Assembly (NCBI GenBank): GCA_028688835.1
Contig: JAQTXL010000001.1
Span: forward strand, 12,328 to 72,380
Source of the DNA: Candidatus Nanopelagicales bacterium
GTDB lineage: Bacteria > Actinomycetota > Actinomycetes > S36-B12
Direction of reading: 5' to 3'
DNA: 60,053 nt
Shown one piece after another: positions 56,905 through 60,053 of this stretch (the stretch's first letter is position 1; every line of letters begins with the position of its first letter). The translations under genes were made by a program, and so were the position numbers. The notes beneath the pieces are model-generated. The model was not told the DNA's origin. It ran no database searches and worked only from the letters and a program-made list of their open reading frames with translations.

Positions 56905-58451
56905 ACACACCCATCCGCCGCGCCCTCGTGTCGGTCTACGACAAGACCGGCCTCGTCGAGCTCGCCCGTGGGCTGGCCGATGCAGGGGTCGAGATCGTGT
57001 CGACGGGCTCGACCGCTGGGGTGATCACTGCTGCCGGTGTGCCCGTCACTCCCGTCGATGCGGTGACCGGATTCCCGGAGTGCCTCGATGGTCGCGTGAA
57101 GACCCTGCACCCGCATGTGCACGGCGGGATCCTGGCCGACCTGCGCAAGGAGTCGCATGTCGAGCAGCTGGCTGAACTTGGCATCGCGCCCTTCGAGCTG
57201 GTCGTCGTGAACCTCTATCCGTTCTCCGAGACTGTGGACGCGGGCGCGGCGCTTGATGAGTGCATCGAGCAGATCGACATCGGCGGCCCGACTATGGTGC
57301 GGGCTGCCGCAAAGAACTTCGCAAACGTCGCCATCGTCACTTCGCCCGAGCGATACCCGGATGTACTGGCTGCCGTCGCTGGTGGTGGATTCTCAGCCGC
57401 ATCGAGGGCGGAATTGGCCCGCGTTGCCTTTGAGCACACGGCGACCTACGACATAGCAGTCGCGACATGGTTGGGGTCAGTGGTCACTCCCGACCCCTCG
57501 GGCTTCCCGTCGTGGCGCGGGGCCTCGTGGGAGCGCGCGAATGTGCTGCGCTACGGCGAGAACCCGCACCAAGAGGCAGCGGTGTACACGTCGATCCCGC
57601 CGGTGCCAGGCCTGGCCAATGCGCATCAGTACCAAGGCAAGGAGATGAGCTACAACAACTACGTCGATGCCGACGCGGCCCGCCGTGCAGCTTTCGATCA
57701 TGCGCTGCCGGCGGTGGCAATCATCAAGCACGCCAACCCGTGTGGGATCGCAGTCGGATCTGACATCACTGCTGCCTATCGCGGTGCGTTCGCAACGGAT
57801 CCAGTGTCGGCCTTCGGCGGGGTTGTCGCGGCCAATGGCATCGTGACGCTGGCGATGGCCGAAGCGATGGGCGATGTCTTCACGGAGGTCGTCGTGGCAC
57901 CGGGCTATGAGCCTGCCGCGCTCGAGTTCTTCTCGGCCAAGAAGAACTTGCGCGTGCTCGAGGTGGCGGCGCCAACGAATCGCTCAGTGGTCGAGACTCG
58001 CGTGATTTCGGGCGGCCTGCTCGTGCAGGCTACCGACACAGTTGAGGCGGACGGTGACGATCTGACGGCGTGGACCCTCGTCGCGGGTCCTGCCGCCTCG
58101 GATCGTGAACTTGCAGACCTCGCCTTCGCCTGGATCGCCTGCCGCTCGGTGAAGTCCAACGCGATCCTGCTCGCCTCCGGCGGTGCGGCCGTGGGTGTGG
58201 GCATGGGCCAGGTCAACCGCGTCGACTCGGCTCGGCTGGCTGTGGTGCGCGCTGGCGATCGCGCCGCGGGTTCGGTCGCTGCCTCCGACGCCTTCTTCCC
58301 CTTCGCTGACGGCCTGCAGGTGCTCATCGACGGCGGCGTGACCGCGGTCGTGCAGCCAGGCGGCTCGGTGCGCGACGCCGAGGTGATCGAGGCTGCTGCC
58401 GCGGCTGGCATCACGATGTATCTCACCGGCACCCGTCACTTCTTCCATTGA
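56901..58451 (+). CDS. purH: Bifunctional AICAR transformylase / IMP cyclohydrolase
   Basis: [34 protein letters not shown]-terminal ...TGTRHFFH. 4-nt overlap with purN. Confidence 0.97.
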   Translation: MNTPIRRALVSVYDKTGLVELARGLADAGVEIVSTGSTAGVITAAGVPVTPVDAVTGFPECLDGRVKTLHPHVHGGILADLRKESHVEQLAELGIAPFELVVVNLYPFSETVDAGAALDECIEQIDIGGPTMVRAAAKNFANVAIVTSPERYPDVLAAVAGGGFSAASRAELARVAFEHTATYDIAVATWLGSVVTPDPSGFPSWRGASWERANVLRYGENPHQEAAVYTSIPPVPGLANAHQYQGKEMSYNNYVDADAARRAAFDHALPAVAIIKHANPCGIAVGSDITAAYRGAFATDPVSAFGGVVAANGIVTLAMAEAMGDVFTEVVVAPGYEPAALEFFSAKKNLRVLEVAAPTNRSVVETRVISGGLLVQATDTVEADGDDLTAWTLVAGPAASDRELADLAFAWIACRSVKSNAILLASGGAAVGVGMGQVNRVDSARLAVVRAGDRAAGSVAASDAFFPFADGLQVLIDGGVTAVVQPGGSVRDAEVIEAAAAAGITMYLTGTRHFFH

Positions 58452-59410
58452 CCAACGTCGCGGGCTCGCGCGCGCCCGTCTGGATCCCGATGGCGCTGTG
58501 CGTCGCGATCGGGGTCATGACGGCGGTGCAGTCGCGGATGAACGGCGAACTGTCGATCCGCCTCGACAACGGCATCGAGGCTGCGGTCTGGAGCTTCCTG
58601 TCGGGACTGGCGATCCTTGTCGTCATCCTCTTCGTGTCGCGGCGTGCACGCTTGGGCGTGCTCGGCGTGCCTGCTGCGATCCGTCGTGGTGACCTGCGCT
58701 GGTGGCAGATCCTCGGCGGCGTCCTCGGCGGGTTCTTCGTTGCCGTGCAGGCCACGGTCGTGCCGCTCATCGGCGTGGCGGTGTTCACCATCGCCGTAGT
58801 GGCCGGGCAGAGCACGAACTCGCTGGTCGTCGACCGCATCGGGCTGGGCCCGGCCGGCAAGCAGCCGATCACCTGGCAGCGGCTGGTGGGGGCCGTGCTC
58901 GCCGTGCTCGCGGTGACCTTGGGTGTCAGCCAGCGGCTCACCTCCGGGTCGATCCCACTGCTGCCCGTGGTGTTCGCGGTGCTTGGCGGCGCACTCATCG
59001 CGATCCAGGGGGCCACGAACGGCCGCGTCTCCTTCGTCACCGGGCAGCCGCTGTCGGCCGCCTTCCTCAACTTCATGTTCGGCTCGATCGTGCTGGGCTC
59101 GGCGCTCGGGGTCGCCTGGGGCCTGTTCGGCAAGGAGGTGCACGGGCCGTTCATCGCACCGTGGTGGGCCTACTTCGGTGGGGTGATCGGCCTGGTGTTC
59201 ATCGTCGTGGCCGCCTGGTCGGTGCCGATCATCGGCGTGCTCATGTTCGCCCTGCTCACGATCTCCGGCCAGCTGGTCGGGTCGATGGCCCTGGACATCG
59301 CGCTGCCCACGCCCGGGTCCGAGGTCACGCCCTCGCTCGTCGCCGGTGTGCTGCTCGCCTTCGTGGCGATCGGCATCACCGCATCGAACCGAAGCGCGCG
59401 GGTGGAGTGA
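58448..59410 (+). CDS. DMT-superfamily membrane protein (duplicated DUF606/YdcZ-like)
   Basis: Ten hydrophobic helices in two similar halves, each with a Q..(M/T)NG(E/R) motif ([10 protein letters not shown] and [10 protein letters not shown]). The start is uncertain (TTG 58448, GTG 58457 or ATG 58490). Confidence 0.65.
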   Translation: MTNVAGSRAPVWIPMALCVAIGVMTAVQSRMNGELSIRLDNGIEAAVWSFLSGLAILVVILFVSRRARLGVLGVPAAIRRGDLRWWQILGGVLGGFFVAVQATVVPLIGVAVFTIAVVAGQSTNSLVVDRIGLGPAGKQPITWQRLVGAVLAVLAVTLGVSQRLTSGSIPLLPVVFAVLGGALIAIQGATNGRVSFVTGQPLSAAFLNFMFGSIVLGSALGVAWGLFGKEVHGPFIAPWWAYFGGVIGLVFIVVAAWSVPIIGVLMFALLTISGQLVGSMALDIALPTPGSEVTPSLVAGVLLAFVAIGITASNRSARVE

Positions 59411-59554
59411 GCGCAGGCTCGATGCTCATCGGCTCCACTCTGCTCCGGCCCCAGCCTGCTGGCGAATTGGCCCAGTCGCGCTCGCATAGGCTGATGGCGC
59501 TGTCGTGGCCTTCGAGGCCATCGAGGCCTCGGTGGAGGCGGGAGGGTCTTGAGC

Positions 59555-60053
59555 ATGGCGAGTCGGGCAGGCAGGCTGCAGCATCGCGTGCGCGGACGGA
59601 TGCGCTTCATGCGCCAGGTCGCGCAGCTGCGCCTTGCCGTCCATGACCATCCGTTGGTGCTGTGCATCGAGCGCGAGCAGCCCGGCTGGCGCGAGCAGTT
59701 GATCGAGACCACCAACACGGGCCTGGTGAGCATGTCCTTCAAGGAGGCCCTGAACCTCTCGCGGCTGGTGACCAAGACCGCGCACCTCGAGGGCGACATC
59801 GCCGAGCTCGGCACCTTCCACGGCGGCAGCGCCCTGGTGATGGCCCAGGCGAACGCGGCGCGCAAGCGCATGCACCTGTTCGACACCTTCGCGGGCATCC
59901 CCTATGTGTCCGAGACGCTCGACTCCGTCGTGGTCGGCGACATCCGGGGCAAGTCCCTGGAGGAGGTGCAGGCGGTGCTGGCCGACTACGCCGACTGCAT
60001 CAGCTACCACGTGGGCATCTTCCCGGCCACGACCTCGGGCATCGACCCTGACC
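59555..60053 (+). CDS. TylF/MycF-like class I SAM-dependent methyltransferase, N-terminal fragment (3' end outside window)
   Basis: This frame is open to the window edge and so is absent from the ORF track. ATG 59555 is preceded by GGAGGCGGGAGGG. Third positions are G/C-rich, and GDIAELGTFHGGSALVMA resembles the TylF motif GD..E.GV.RGGS. Confidence 0.5.
   Translation, partial: MASRAGRLQHRVRGRMRFMRQVAQLRLAVHDHPLVLCIEREQPGWREQLIETTNTGLVSMSFKEALNLSRLVTKTAHLEGDIAELGTFHGGSALVMAQANAARKRMHLFDTFAGIPYVSETLDSVVVGDIRGKSLEEVQAVLADYADCISYHVGIFPATTSGIDPD

Noticed and set aside
59170-60051. ORFs 59170-59898(-), 59426-60010(-) and 59662-60051(+) at the right edge.
   Set aside because: A different plus-strand frame, open from ATG 59555 to the window end, has an SD, G/C-rich third positions and a TylF-like methyltransferase motif. 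The listed ORFs look like GC-frame artefacts.

Overview
About 60 kb of high-GC actinobacterial chromosome, with no rRNA, tRNA or CRISPR array that I could find. All family calls rest on motif recognition by eye, and most start codons are uncertain.

**Core backbone**
- The left part carries a guaB3-like 3' end, guaA, pcrA and sucCD, then a PerM-like membrane gene.
- The right part carries purN and purH.
- This order resembles the mycobacterial sucC-sucD...perM-purN-purH neighbourhood.

**Accessory content among the core genes**
- Three paralogous secreted TIM-barrel-like glycoside hydrolases, plus two decayed copies.
- A LAS-type secreted peptidase.
- A wHTH-nucleotidyltransferase/HEPN pair and a PrlF/YhaV toxin-antitoxin pair, each preceded by a palindromic operator candidate.
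- A PspC-domain histidine kinase/LuxR regulator divergon.
- A DrrAB-like ABC exporter.
- Three c-di-GMP turnover genes.
- A clear heliorhodopsin gene directly downstream of a membrane PAS-GGDEF-EAL gene.

**The main accessory block (about 29.3-56.1 kb)**
- It sits between the PerM-like region and purNH and looks visibly lower in G+C. Spot counts of single 60-nt lines gave 53-65% inside versus 75-77% in the flanks.
- At its left edge, two truncated glycoside-hydrolase pseudogenes lie head to head. One is a near-identical roughly 0.67 kb duplicate of the intact gene at 25.7 kb.
- Next comes a MoxR-DUF58-membrane operon.
- It also carries a sulfotransferase ORF fused in frame to a degenerate IS256-type transposase remnant.
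- The rest, about 19 kb, is an ABC-transporter-dependent (Wzm/Wzt) glycan biosynthesis locus. It encodes an RgpF-WbsX fusion, five further glycosyltransferases, a coiled-coil protein, a nucleotide-sugar dehydrogenase, a second sulfotransferase, GSCFA and SGNH-like proteins and a DUF4012 protein.
- I regard a possibly sulfated, uronic-acid-containing cell-envelope glycopolymer system, and the heliorhodopsin/c-di-GMP adjacency, as the most interesting parts of the window.
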